Below are positions 26,584-36,207 of a stretch of DNA of 64,000 nucleotides, in pieces. Numbering within the stretch: position 1 is the stretch's first letter; every line of letters starts with the position of its first letter. Origin of the DNA: a virus; IMG/VR virus record IMGVR_UViG_3300045988_020586; one strand, given 5' to 3'. The translations under genes and the position numbers were made by a program. The notes under the pieces were generated by a model that saw only the letters and a program-made list of their open reading frames with translations, had not been told where the DNA came from and ran no database searches.

Positions 26584-27547
26584 ATTTCTGTAACGTTTTT
26601 GTTAACCAGTCTTTCATGGTGCTAAATCCGTTGTCACGAACAGCATCTGATAGATCTTTGGCTTTAAATTTCTTATTAATGAAAAAAGCATCTATATTGT
26701 ATTGTTTGCTATATTGTCTAGCCTTAAGCATACCTGTTTTATCTCTATCGTACAGTATAACTATATGTTTCCATTTGGAACGTAGAGACCTAAGTATATC
26801 TTCAGGTATAAATACAGTTTCACTAGCAGCAGCTATTGCATTAAAACCCATCTCGTAGCAACACATCACATCTTTCAGTGACTTTGTTATTATGAGCAGG
26901 TCGCCTCCTTCCTTAGGCAATTCGGATAATCCCTGTACGTGCCGATTTGTCAGATTGGTACGCCATTTAGTAAGCTTGGAAGCAAGTGGACGATAAATCT
27001 TAAACTTATCATACACTTTATATGCATACATAGGACTATTTTCTTTGTAGATACTTCGGACGATACTATTACAAAGAAAGTATTTAATGCTGAATACATT
27101 GAACTTTTTCAGAGTATCAATATGTATTCCAAACTGTTTCCAGTATTGTTTGTCTACATTGGTAAACGGCTGTCGAACTATTCCGATATCGGTATCTCCT
27201 TTCGGTATATCATACGTATTTGTCCTTACTGTTGTATTAGGATTTATTCTGCGTACGATTCTCAATAATTCTCGTTCAAGTTCTTCTCTAGTCGTTATAC
27301 CTTTGTATTCTTTTATGAACTTTAGAGCATTTCCATACTCTCCGGTTCCAAGGTCTTTCCATAGCAGTCCTCCGGTTTTGGAATGAAATATTCCAAATGA
27401 CGGGTTTTTATCTCCAGACCTTAAAGGACTATTCATAAGCTTTCCAACTTTGAATTGTCCTAGACAATACGTATAGATGTCTAAATCATTTACTTTGTCC
27501 AAGATGTCTCTCAAGGACATAGTAACTGCTGTTCTAGTACTATACAT
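26576..27547 (-). CDS. DNA primase (toprim-type)
   Basis: ..GDKNPSFGIFHSKTGGLLWKDLGTGEYGN.., ..LLIITKSLKDVM.. and ..ILYDRDKTG.. Sits among the replication genes. Confidence 0.6.
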   Translation of the reverse strand: MYSTRTAVTMSLRDILDKVNDLDIYTYCLGQFKVGKLMNSPLRSGDKNPSFGIFHSKTGGLLWKDLGTGEYGNALKFIKEYKGITTREELERELLRIVRRINPNTTVRTNTYDIPKGDTDIGIVRQPFTNVDKQYWKQFGIHIDTLKKFNVFSIKYFLCNSIVRSIYKENSPMYAYKVYDKFKIYRPLASKLTKWRTNLTNRHVQGLSELPKEGGDLLIITKSLKDVMCCYEMGFNAIAAASETVFIPEDILRSLRSKWKHIVILYDRDKTGMLKARQYSKQYNIDAFFINKKFKAKDLSDAVRDNGFSTMKDWLTKTLQKYD

Positions 27548-27670
27548 AACTTATAAGTTAGTGGGCGTCCACCGTCTCGAACCGTGACTATATATTTCTA
27601 TATTAGAGCTTCCCTTCCTCACGCCCTTATAAAAATGAGCAGTTTAATGACATGCTCAGGTCGCGACGGA

Positions 27671-27693
27671 TGGATAGTTTACGGACATATCCA
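27671..27693. repeat. Hairpin related to the GTTTTACAACA-loop family (family 3)
   Basis: TGGATA / GTTTACGGACA / TATCCA followed by GGTCGGGG. Same architecture as 43969-43989 and 44049-44069. Confidence 0.4.
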
Positions 27694-27846
27694 GGTCGGG
27701 GACTTCATTAGTACATCCCAGATCCAACTTAAGTATGGTTCACTCATGAAATCTGGCGCCCCAGGAGAACCGGGGTGCAATAAAAAGAGTGTGCACCTAT
27801 CCTCACGGACCGGAGTTTCCTGCATATATTTGTACCAATGAAATTG

Positions 27847-27943
27847 TGGCTATGCTAGGAATCGAACCTAGCAGAATGGACAAAAGAAAATACACTAAAA
27901 ATAAACCATTCTTGTCATGTGTCTCACGACACCCCGACTAGCC
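27847..27943 (-). ncRNA. 97-nt aberrant tRNA-like element
   Basis: Canonical T-arm CTAGG-TTCGATT-CCTAG. Acceptor GGCTAGT/CATAGCC pairs 5 of 7. D-like arm GTGTC-GTGA-GACAC has a 4-nt loop. A 7-bp stem AGAATGG/CCATTCT closes a 26-nt AU-rich loop. No assignable anticodon. Confidence 0.4.
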
Positions 27944-28139
27944 TTATTGGAGGCATTTCACCTCCAAAGGGTAACTGAATTACCTAGCTCCACCAACACC
28001 CTTTTATGGCAGTATTACCTCCCTTGGGTGTATCCACTTGTCGTATAGTTTGACACTCCTGCTATATAGACGGTATAAAAACCATCTACCGGATTTCATA
28101 CAATCAAGTAGTATTTCTATTTCTTCAGGCGTAAATCCC

Positions 28140-28745
28140 TTAAAAGGGAAGGTCAGATGCGCCTGCTGCATCCACAGTTTCCGGAGTAACGGTTGGTGGT
28201 ACATTAAGCGGATCGTTGTTCTCCTTATCAGCAACAACTGGACGCTCCATAAGGTCGTTCTTAAAGAGCTTAATCTGCGAATTTGTGTTAGACATGTCTT
28301 CAATGAAGATTCCGAGCTTACTTACCTGAGTATAGCCCTTCTTATCGTAAATAACCTTCAAACGGAGCTTCTTCTTAGTAGCGATCATAGGATCAAGCAT
28401 CTGCTTTGTCCAGTCGATCATCTCCTTAAATGTAGAAAGCTCTGCATCTGGTCTCTGTGGATAAAAACAGTCAAGAATCTGACAAACTCGTCCAAACTGA
28501 GCGTTATCACGCTTCTGCAGGTCTTCGTCTGTCTTAATATACATTCCCTTTGTATTCTTCCACTCTGTCATAGTAGCCGTCTGACCATCCTCATTCTCAA
28601 ATACGATCTCGAGGAAATCGAGACCCTGAGGAGACTTGTTACAGTTTACCTCTTTAAGAGTGATATTCTGGTTGATGCCTACTGGCATATAACTACCATT
28701 ACTAAATTCTTCGTTGTTAATTGCGGCTGTCTTTGTACTAAACAT
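28140..28745 (-). CDS. ssb: single-stranded DNA-binding protein
   Basis: 201 aa with a C-terminal acidic tip ..AAGASDLPF, as in the bacterial SSB D-D-D-I-P-F tail. Located between primase and a recombination ATPase. Confidence 0.7.
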   Translation of the reverse strand: MFSTKTAAINNEEFSNGSYMPVGINQNITLKEVNCNKSPQGLDFLEIVFENEDGQTATMTEWKNTKGMYIKTDEDLQKRDNAQFGRVCQILDCFYPQRPDAELSTFKEMIDWTKQMLDPMIATKKKLRLKVIYDKKGYTQVSKLGIFIEDMSNTNSQIKLFKNDLMERPVVADKENNDPLNVPPTVTPETVDAAGASDLPF

Positions 28746-28835
28746 AATCTCTATTATTTTAATATACGTAATGCTAACATATCAAGTTTATTCTCAGCAT
28801 AGTATGCTGTTAATCGAATAAATCGATACATCAAT

Positions 28836-29576
28836 TTACTTAAATATTCTATCCCAATGTGTTGTAAGTGTCCCATCTTCATTACCTTCTGCAATAACAA
28901 TATCCTTTCCAGCTATGTGTCTTGCACGAGCTTCCATAATGGTATCAGATGTACCACCTTTAAAGGATATATGTGTTTCATTTCCTTTGCGATATACATA
29001 ACCAACCGCATCAGCTAATCCACACACAATTTTACTCAGTTTACCAACCAAGTCTAGTTCTTTTGCAGAAACTTCAACACCGTCTTTTTCAGTTACGGTG
29101 TCTTTAACGTGACCTACAAGAATAAATTCGTCACACAAATCTCGGAACATATCAACTACCTTCTTTACTGCGTCTCTAAGATACTTATAACCTGCACCGT
29201 TAGGTAAAGTTGTTACGTCTGTGCCGTCCCATTTTTTACCCATTGGAGTCTGGCGATAGAGTGTACAAGCATAGCTCATACAGATATCTTCGAGTCGTGT
29301 AGCATTGTCAATAGTGATATGCTTATAGAAATTATGACCTACTTCTTTATTCTTGGCACGAATGGCACTTGCTGCTTCTCCTAAATCGTTGATCGTACGA
29401 CACTGGATGGCCATCGCATCAACGAAGACAGAGCCTCCCTCAAGGTCTATGATAAGGTTATTATCCAGCTGCGCAAGACAAGATGTCTTACCAGCCTTTG
29501 GAAGACCATAGAGTATAAGATATCTAGGGTTTTCAGAAACTGCAGGAATTTTACTAGTAGGTAATGTTAAACTCAT
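28836..29576 (-). CDS. AAA_24 / RecA-like P-loop ATPase (Sak4-like)
   Basis: Walker A LYGLPKAGKTS; Walker B-like FILVGHV. Confidence 0.65.
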   Translation of the reverse strand: MSLTLPTSKIPAVSENPRYLILYGLPKAGKTSCLAQLDNNLIIDLEGGSVFVDAMAIQCRTINDLGEAASAIRAKNKEVGHNFYKHITIDNATRLEDICMSYACTLYRQTPMGKKWDGTDVTTLPNGAGYKYLRDAVKKVVDMFRDLCDEFILVGHVKDTVTEKDGVEVSAKELDLVGKLSKIVCGLADAVGYVYRKGNETHISFKGGTSDTIMEARARHIAGKDIVIAEGNEDGTLTTHWDRIFK

Positions 29577-29601
29577 GATACAATGATACTAAAAGTTTTA
29601 A

Positions 29602-30054
29602 TTAAAGCTTAATGTTAATATTAATGATTGTCTTCTTAACCTCTGGACTAAGTGAAGAGATAAAGTCGTAATCACTAAAATCAGAATAGCTATAAATGTC
29701 GGTACCAATCTGGATCTCATCATTGTAGAAAATGATAGGGAGACCATTCTCAAGACGGTAAATCTTACCGAGCTTAATACCCTTCATAGTATTCTTCTTC
29801 TTGCCATAGTTAGCAAGAATATCACAAGCCTTTGCGAACAAAGTGTCGCCCTTCAGAGACTTGTAGATATAAGTATGATCCAACTCGTTGAACATGGCAT
29901 CAATCAGATCGTCCTCCTTCTTTGTGTTAAACAAATAAGAGTTGTTCTTCTTTACAGTAGAAAGAATAATATCATCGAGAATCTGAGAATAAATGTTACC
30001 ATTGTTAGTGTTCTTAATGTTGTTATCAGTAAACTTAATATCGTATGTTGTCAT
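29602..30054 (-). CDS. hypothetical protein (150 aa)
   Basis: Track ORF with ATG start, in the head-to-tail minus-strand array. Confidence 0.55.
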   Translation of the reverse strand: MTTYDIKFTDNNIKNTNNGNIYSQILDDIILSTVKKNNSYLFNTKKEDDLIDAMFNELDHTYIYKSLKGDTLFAKACDILANYGKKKNTMKGIKLGKIYRLENGLPIIFYNDEIQIGTDIYSYSDFSDYDFISSLSPEVKKTIININIKL

Positions 30055-30077
30055 AATTCAGCCTAAATTTTAATTGC

Positions 30078-31019
30078 TTAACTTTCTATCAAGTTGTTAT
30101 ATGCTAAGTCATTCTGGAATTCAAGTATGCAGGGCTTTCCTGCGTCTCGATTCTTCAAGATATGTAAATACACCTTGTTCTGAGTAGGTAAATGGCTCGG
30201 GCCGTATTCTTGTATTCCAAGAATTTCAGGCCTATGAATAACTATAACATAATCGCTAGCTTGAAATAAAGCGTCAGCAGATGAAATGTCGCTTCTCATA
30301 GGATAATGCGACAAAAAATTGTTTATTCTTTCTGGTGATTCGATATTTCTATTCATTTGTGCTAGTTGTATCACTGATGTCATAGGGTACTTTTTAGCAC
30401 TTATGAAAACTCTTTCGAGTTCCTGCATGGTTTCTATAACACTGCCTATAGGCTTTGTCAACAGAGCGTGGTCATACATTATTATAAAGTGTTTATTAGT
30501 ACCTTTTACATATGTATTATAGAAATACCTAATAATATCTTCTGCTTCCTTGGGAGTTGTAGGATTATCTACAAACCATATAGGATACTCCTTTAGTTGA
30601 TTAGATACTGAGATGACTTTTCTGAAGGTATCGTCATCCAGGTCCGTTTCCGAACTATACAGAGTCGAAGTCGTTTTCCTAAGCTTACTAGAAAGCGTTC
30701 TTCCAACCTGCCTAAATCCAACCATCTCTAACGAGAAAATCAGAATTACTATTTCTTCATCAGGATTCAAATCAACAATATCAGTTGAGATCTCGTTTGC
30801 AAACGAGCTCTTTCCACTTCCTGAAATACCAGCTATGGTGTAAACGGTATTAGGTTCAATACCTCCCATACACTGCTTATTAAACTTAGCCCATCTAGTC
30901 TTAAGAGAAGTTATAGAATGTTCTCTTCGACCAGATATGTAGTTTATTGCCTCTTGGGCTACAACTGACATTGGTCGTATAAGATTAGATAAGTTCTGTT
31001 CCATAAGTCGATTCCTCAA
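30078..31019 (-). CDS. DnaB-like replicative helicase (RecA-fold domain)
   Basis: Walker A IAGISGSGKSSF; ..IFSLEM..; ..IMYDHA.. (Walker B-like). Confidence 0.7.
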   Translation of the reverse strand: MRNRLMEQNLSNLIRPMSVVAQEAINYISGRREHSITSLKTRWAKFNKQCMGGIEPNTVYTIAGISGSGKSSFANEISTDIVDLNPDEEIVILIFSLEMVGFRQVGRTLSSKLRKTTSTLYSSETDLDDDTFRKVISVSNQLKEYPIWFVDNPTTPKEAEDIIRYFYNTYVKGTNKHFIIMYDHALLTKPIGSVIETMQELERVFISAKKYPMTSVIQLAQMNRNIESPERINNFLSHYPMRSDISSADALFQASDYVIVIHRPEILGIQEYGPSHLPTQNKVYLHILKNRDAGKPCILEFQNDLAYNNLIES

Positions 31020-31551
31020 TTTTAGAGTTGTCTTGCATTTCTTCCTCAGATTCTTCCCATTGGTGGTCTACGAGCCATCTCCACATCGTCTTCATATAAC
31101 TTAGTTTACCTTCGTTAGTCTTTTTCTTCATTTCGAAGTCAAGACACTGAATAAGATGCTGAGCCATAGCCTCACTTTGGCCTACATAGACATTGAATAA
31201 ATGCCTACATTTGTTAACGTTGGCTCTTAGATAGTTTTTTGTACCATCTGGTCGTAGAACGTATATTGGGTACATTTCATAGAACAGATCGAAATAGTCC
31301 TTTTTAGGGCGGACTACATCCTTAAGCGCATCTGTTGCATGATATGTAATTGACTTACCTCTCTCGATCGAGGTAATAAGTCCCTGAGAAATTAAGTTTG
31401 ATATTTCTTCGTCGCTAATTAGGCTGACAATTTTGCGGACGTCTTGATTATAAGTTTTTTGATTCTTATCCAATACCAAACTTAGGAATATTAATTGATT
31501 TGAATTTAATCCTGGAATGTCCAGGAGTTTTGTGTTTAGTTCAATAATCAT
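30985..31551 (-). CDS. hypothetical protein (188 aa), possible helicase loader by position only
   Basis: Track ORF with ATG start, directly upstream of and overlapping the helicase gene. Confidence 0.5.
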   Translation of the reverse strand: MIIELNTKLLDIPGLNSNQLIFLSLVLDKNQKTYNQDVRKIVSLISDEEISNLISQGLITSIERGKSITYHATDALKDVVRPKKDYFDLFYEMYPIYVLRPDGTKNYLRANVNKCRHLFNVYVGQSEAMAQHLIQCLDFEMKKKTNEGKLSYMKTMWRWLVDHQWEESEEEMQDNSKIEESTYGTELI

Positions 31552-31572
31552 CTTATATACGTTGATAAACGA

Positions 31573-33483
31573 TTAATCATCGAAGATTGTCAACTGGCGG
31601 TTAACAAACTCACTAGCTATCTTTTTTGCTTTGCTAATGTAGTATTGGTAATCCAGGTGACGATTTTCTATTGGTGTGGCATCCATCTTATTAAGGATTC
31701 GGACTCCATGTTCTGTTATTCTTGTTTCAGAACGCTTTTCATACATTTTATCCTTGACCCTTATAAGATAGTAGCCACTATTCGATGCGTAGTATCTATT
31801 AATACGTTGAATCAGGTTTCCACCATACTCAACTTTTGATTCCTTATTTACGCTTTGTGACATTAAAAAATCACGGATATCTCTATCCTTCTTAATAAAC
31901 TTGTCTATCGGTTCATTGTTCAAAAAATAGTTTATCACAGCTTTGGAGATAACAACTGGTGTCATACTATTGTTAAGACCAATATCTGTGATAAACTTGC
32001 CTTTCTTTTCTATCAGTCTCGGATCTCCAGATTGAGAGTATCCTTTGCGAACACCAAAGTAATTGTTCACGTCGTACTGATAAAACGACTCGTAATCATC
32101 GGATTCGAATGTCAACTGGGTTAATTGCTCAACTTCCTTAATTGCATCGGCTATTGCGAAGCGGGCGGATTTGTCAGCAATGTAGACGACACCATCTGTA
32201 TTGACTTGTACAATCTTACAATTCAATTCTAGAAGCTTATCCACTAACATAAGTAGTATAAGTTGCCCATTTATACGTATCTTGTATACGTTAAGTGGAT
32301 CATATGCCCAGCTACTTTCTTGTTGCATCTTTCCGGTAAGAGCATTAAGAGCCTGTTTGAACGCCTTAGACTTTAATAACTCTCCATTACGTTTGGCAGC
32401 TAACCGCTCCTTGTATAGAGCGTTGTACACATTCCAAAAATCTTCTCCTAAGTGAACCGGAAACCAATGGTTTATAATGGCTAACGAAGGATACATAGAC
32501 GTAACGTCGGAGTGTCCTATAAATTGTTCATCTGTAGGTTTGTAGACTCTAGGTTCGTTGATGGTGTGTATACCACCTTCTCCTATAGAGTAGCAAATGT
32601 TTGAGAGAACGAACTTCTTCTCATAGTTTTCTTGTTTCTTATCAGACTTACTTGCGTTGCAAGTAGCATTCTTTACATCCAATAAGACTTCTTTCAACTT
32701 TGGATTAGAATATTGTATGAATGGGAGTATAATGTCACCTAAACGAATGTTTCCGACTTTTCGAGTACGAGTTTTTAGCTCGTCTTTTGTTGTGTTGGTA
32801 ATGTCTAAAACTGTGCGCAAGAGTATTTCCTCTCCAAATCGTACGCCACTCATTGACAGTGCATCAAACCCCCATTCTTTTTCAACTTCAAGACGTAGTT
32901 CTACATCTTCTTTTACTTTGTTAAGCAAAGCTTCAGTAGCATCTACGTCGTTCACATTATACTCTATCATAGCATCGATATTGCATTCTTCTATCTGCAT
33001 ATCAAAGTTACCTTCGTACTCTTGCACATTTGGCATATGTAAAAGTATTTCGATTTCTTTTAAGCTTTTCTGTTGCTTAGCACTATAGAGCATCAACATA
33101 AGATCAAACGAATAAAAGTAATTTGCATATTTGTATTGTTTTATCTTATCAATATTTCCTGTTTTTTCCGAACTTATTATTTCTTTACTAAGATAATACA
33201 GAGAACTACAAATTCTCGAGTATCCTAGTCGCTTCATTCTATTATAGAAACAGATAATATAGTTTATGATTATATCATCATAGTGCTTATTGTTATATCC
33301 GCACATTATATGTTCTGTTCTATTTGTATAGAAGAAGTCAACTAATTCTTTTAGTTGATTTTTTCGACAGGATATCTCGAATTTATATAGGTTATGATTC
33401 TCTGAATCTTTACAAGTACAATGAAAACAGTTTGGAAAAACTTCTATGTCATATAGAACTACTGGTCTTTCCTTTACTATCAT
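31573..33483 (-). CDS. family B DNA polymerase (636 aa)
   Basis: ExoI ..LYDIEVFPN.., motif A ..DVTSMYPS.., motif B-like ..KQALNALTGK.., motif C ..VNTDGVVY.. Start set at ATG 33483; the track ORF extends to 33582 across a tRNA gene. Confidence 0.85.
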   Translation of the reverse strand: MIVKERPVVLYDIEVFPNCFHCTCKDSENHNLYKFEISCRKNQLKELVDFFYTNRTEHIMCGYNNKHYDDIIINYIICFYNRMKRLGYSRICSSLYYLSKEIISSEKTGNIDKIKQYKYANYFYSFDLMLMLYSAKQQKSLKEIEILLHMPNVQEYEGNFDMQIEECNIDAMIEYNVNDVDATEALLNKVKEDVELRLEVEKEWGFDALSMSGVRFGEEILLRTVLDITNTTKDELKTRTRKVGNIRLGDIILPFIQYSNPKLKEVLLDVKNATCNASKSDKKQENYEKKFVLSNICYSIGEGGIHTINEPRVYKPTDEQFIGHSDVTSMYPSLAIINHWFPVHLGEDFWNVYNALYKERLAAKRNGELLKSKAFKQALNALTGKMQQESSWAYDPLNVYKIRINGQLILLMLVDKLLELNCKIVQVNTDGVVYIADKSARFAIADAIKEVEQLTQLTFESDDYESFYQYDVNNYFGVRKGYSQSGDPRLIEKKGKFITDIGLNNSMTPVVISKAVINYFLNNEPIDKFIKKDRDIRDFLMSQSVNKESKVEYGGNLIQRINRYYASNSGYYLIRVKDKMYEKRSETRITEHGVRILNKMDATPIENRHLDYQYYISKAKKIASEFVNRQLTIFDD

Positions 33484-33485
33484 AG

Positions 33486-33558
33486 TAGTTCTAACCGGAT
33501 TCGAACCGATGACCTCCGGGTTATCTACCCGGTGCTCTGGCCACTGAGCTATAGAACT
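33486..33558 (-). tRNA. tRNA with anticodon GAU (Ile) and an unusual anticodon loop UAGAUAA (A at position 33)
   Basis: Full cloverleaf folded by hand: acceptor AGTTCTA/TAGAACT, D arm GCTC-AGTGGCCA-GAGC, anticodon stem CCGGG/CCCGG, T arm ATCGG-TTCGAAT-CCGGT. The 3' end lies 2 nt from the polB ATG. Confidence 0.75.
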
Positions 33559-33767
33559 GACCCCGTCGGGTCTGCATGACATACACGATATGTGCGGACG
33601 CTGATTGATGTTTTACGTCTTTCGGTACCTTTCTCGCTGCCACATATCAGTACCACATGTTGTCCCTAGTGAGGGTTTGCACCTCGCAGTCATATCCTTT
33701 CGGAGCACACTAGGGTGACCAGTGGTGTCCTGGTCTATTCCATTAACAGTAGGGAAGTTCGTATAAT

Positions 33768-34430
33768 CTAAGCCGCCATTCGCATTTTATTTGCGTTTGG
33801 CAACAGAATACGTCCTGTCTTCTTGCGATGGTCTTTAAGGTTTGTACAAACAAGATTACTGCGTTTTGCCTTTACCTTATTTGTCTCTTTACGAGCCATC
33901 TTCATGACTTTACTGTGTTCTGGAAGTTTGTTTACGCCTCCATACTTAGCAGTTTCGCCATTATCTTTTATCTGAGCAATTTCTTGCTCGTGGAACAACT
34001 CGTCAGTAGAAGAGAACCTACCAATAAGTTGTAATTTGTCATATTTAGCGACAACTAAGTCTCTAATACGTTCTTCAGCCGCGACTCTCTCTGCCTCCCA
34101 AACCGGGAATTGCTGCGAGTAGAATAAGTCGTCTTTCTTAACCGGACATGGGTTCTTTCGTTCCCATTTCTGCAGCTTGTGCTGAACATAGCCTTCCATG
34201 AGCTCGATGCGGTTAAGCTTTGTAACCTTTCTGCGAGATTCAATTTTGATTGAATTACGCTTGAGCAGTACGAACCAAGGTCTCTTACGAGAAAGACCGT
34301 GGATGCAATGTTCTTTACAGAACTTAGAAGTAGTTCCGTGAGACTTGTTAAAGTCCTTAAGCCACTTCTCTTTAGTGTCACGATAAGTTTTAACATAATC
34401 GTCCAAATATTGATTATTCTGGGTATTCAT
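33768..34430 (-). CDS. hypothetical basic protein (220 aa)
   Basis: Track ORF with ATG start; ends at TAG. Confidence 0.6.
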   Translation of the reverse strand: MNTQNNQYLDDYVKTYRDTKEKWLKDFNKSHGTTSKFCKEHCIHGLSRKRPWFVLLKRNSIKIESRRKVTKLNRIELMEGYVQHKLQKWERKNPCPVKKDDLFYSQQFPVWEAERVAAEERIRDLVVAKYDKLQLIGRFSSTDELFHEQEIAQIKDNGETAKYGGVNKLPEHSKVMKMARKETNKVKAKRSNLVCTNLKDHRKKTGRILLPNANKMRMAA

Positions 34431-34447
34431 AACGTTGTCTCCTATAA

Positions 34448-35437
34448 TTAAGCTGCCTGTTTAGCTGACTTTTGTTTAATTTCCTTAACCTGTGTAGGCT
34501 TCTTGTTTACAGCCTTAGCCTTAACCTTAAGCCCACGACGAAGCTTACGTCCCTCGGCCTTAGATCCGTGACTGAAGTTGTACGTGTTCTTCTCAAGGGT
34601 CTCCTTAGCCTTCTTCTTAGCTCTACGGAGATTATAGAAGTTAACACTAGCATTCTTAGAACACTCGATAGTATGAGGATCACCTCCATTCTTGTGCTTA
34701 TTGTGGTTGCTTGCAGATACGTCTATACTAGCCTCATTAAATGGAGACTTACTATCAGAACGATACTGATAGAACGTAGCGTTACCCACAAGGTCACGCA
34801 GTTTTTCTACCACGTTTGCTGGCACATCCTTAAAGAATGCTGTAGAATTGGTAATACATGCAGATTTAATTCCGCAGTCTTTTACCAACTTCTCAAGTTC
34901 TCCCTTCTTCTTCAGAACGGAGTCGCACACAACTGTTATATTGTATACAGTAGCGTTGTCCCACTGTTTCTTTGCGATGTCTACTACCTTCTTGGTGTCA
35001 GCATCATTGAGACGCATTCGCTTGCATCGACGGGTAATTGATGCGATATGACGAGCCTGAGCGACATTGCGACGCTCTTCCTGCTTCTTCAAACGCTCCT
35101 CCAGAGTGATTTTAACAGGTCCTGAAGCCTTTGTCTTCTTGGAGTCGATCAACTTATCCATGATGCTCTTTTTACGCGCCTGACGAGCCTCTGCGCGAGC
35201 CTTAGAAGCAGCATACTTAGCCTGCTCCTTCTCGGCTTTAGCCTTCTTCTTAGCTGCCTTGAGTTCAGCATGCTTCTTAGCCTTCTCTGCATCAGCAGCA
35301 CGACGCTTCTTAATGTTCTCTATTGTCTTATTAGCAGCATTAGACTCTTCCTTCTTAGCTGCCTCAGCCTTAACTGGTGTAGTTCCTATCTTAGCCTGAA
35401 CCTTCTTGAGGTTCTTCTTATTATTCTTCTTAGACAT
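34448..35437 (-). CDS. Lys/Ala-rich (histone H1-like composition) hypothetical protein (329 aa)
   Basis: N-terminal 100 aa read ..KKHAELKAAKKKAKAEKEQAKYAASKARAEARQARKK.. and the C-terminus is also K-rich. G+C is visibly higher than in neighbouring genes. ATTATCAAG leader before the ATG. Confidence 0.65.
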   Translation of the reverse strand: MSKKNNKKNLKKVQAKIGTTPVKAEAAKKEESNAANKTIENIKKRRAADAEKAKKHAELKAAKKKAKAEKEQAKYAASKARAEARQARKKSIMDKLIDSKKTKASGPVKITLEERLKKQEERRNVAQARHIASITRRCKRMRLNDADTKKVVDIAKKQWDNATVYNITVVCDSVLKKKGELEKLVKDCGIKSACITNSTAFFKDVPANVVEKLRDLVGNATFYQYRSDSKSPFNEASIDVSASNHNKHKNGGDPHTIECSKNASVNFYNLRRAKKKAKETLEKNTYNFSHGSKAEGRKLRRGLKVKAKAVNKKPTQVKEIKQKSAKQAA

Positions 35438-35562
35438 AATCTTGATAATTTAATGTGTTAATAATGTTGTTTTTAAGGCAAGGGATTCCTTATTTGTGGT
35501 TCGTGTAAGCCTCGATCTTACTCCTTTCGGCGACCCTTGTATTTGTCTCGAACCTATAGCAT

Positions 35563-36111
35563 TTAAACTGCGAGATCCATCTCGAACTTATCTGCAATAG
35601 TATCCTTAATCTCAATAGAAGTCTCATTGTTAAACTTCTCGAGATTGGCGTCAAACTTATTTGCTAGTAGCTGCTGCTCGTGAATAAGCTGTGCAATCTT
35701 AGCTGATGAGAACACCTCACGCTTAGGCATAGCCTTCAATCCCTTCTTTGCCTTAGTTGATGGATCAAGTGTCTTGATCATCTTGAGCTGAGCTATAGCC
35801 TCCTTTGCCTCACATGCTGCAAAAATGCTATAGTTATTTGTCTTCTTAAAATCCTCATAAGAGAATGTAGTAGTACCTGTGTTAAGAGCTACCAAAATAC
35901 CCTTAATCATAATACGCTTCTCACTAAGCTGTACAATCTGATTATACAAACTCTTGAGATCTAAGCCAGAACCCTGCTTTGCTGCAATTGCCTTCTTAGA
36001 CATCAGGTTCTCTGCTCGAATGATTCGCCAATACTTATTGATAGTAATATCAATGTTCTTGCGAATTGTAATAATGTTTGCTGAGTTCAATTTAATTGAT
36101 TTCTTATTCAT
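35563..36111 (-). CDS. hypothetical protein (182 aa)
   Basis: Track ORF with ATG start. Confidence 0.6.
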   Translation of the reverse strand: MNKKSIKLNSANIITIRKNIDITINKYWRIIRAENLMSKKAIAAKQGSGLDLKSLYNQIVQLSEKRIMIKGILVALNTGTTTFSYEDFKKTNNYSIFAACEAKEAIAQLKMIKTLDPSTKAKKGLKAMPKREVFSSAKIAQLIHEQQLLANKFDANLEKFNNETSIEIKDTIADKFEMDLAV

Positions 36112-36207
36112 ATAGTTTGATTAAAATTAAACAATTTACTTGAATCAGCCACTTACCTAGCTCCTATACTACATATTACTGTAATAAAGGATAAAAGGGT
36201 ATCCATT

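Noticed and set aside
27563-27626. Possible suppressor tRNA: CTCTAAT (a CUA anticodon loop) on the - strand, with a T-loop-like GGTTCGAGA and acceptor GGGCGTG/GACGCCC.
   Set aside because: The element is only 64 nt, has no foldable D or anticodon stem, and the T stem is imperfect. It is not a credible tRNA by hand folding.
27847-28139. tmRNA hypothesis for the T-arm/acceptor element in the primase-ssb gap.
   Set aside because: The matching 5' acceptor strand is only 97 nt away rather than 300 nt or more. I saw no tag-peptide reading frame or pseudoknot signature.
28038-28802. 254-aa + strand ORF.
   Set aside because: It is fully antisense to the ssb gene, which has a clear SSB C-terminal tip. 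Its text is low-complexity (L/S/C/I-rich).
33484-33582. N-terminal 33-codon extension of the DNA polymerase ORF in the track.
   Set aside because: It is the translation of a tRNA gene (GSNP signature of the T-loop). The real start is MIVKERPVVLYDIE at 33483.
34055-34396. 113-aa alternative-frame - strand ORF.
   Set aside because: It is nested entirely inside the longer, better-looking 33768-34430 frame.
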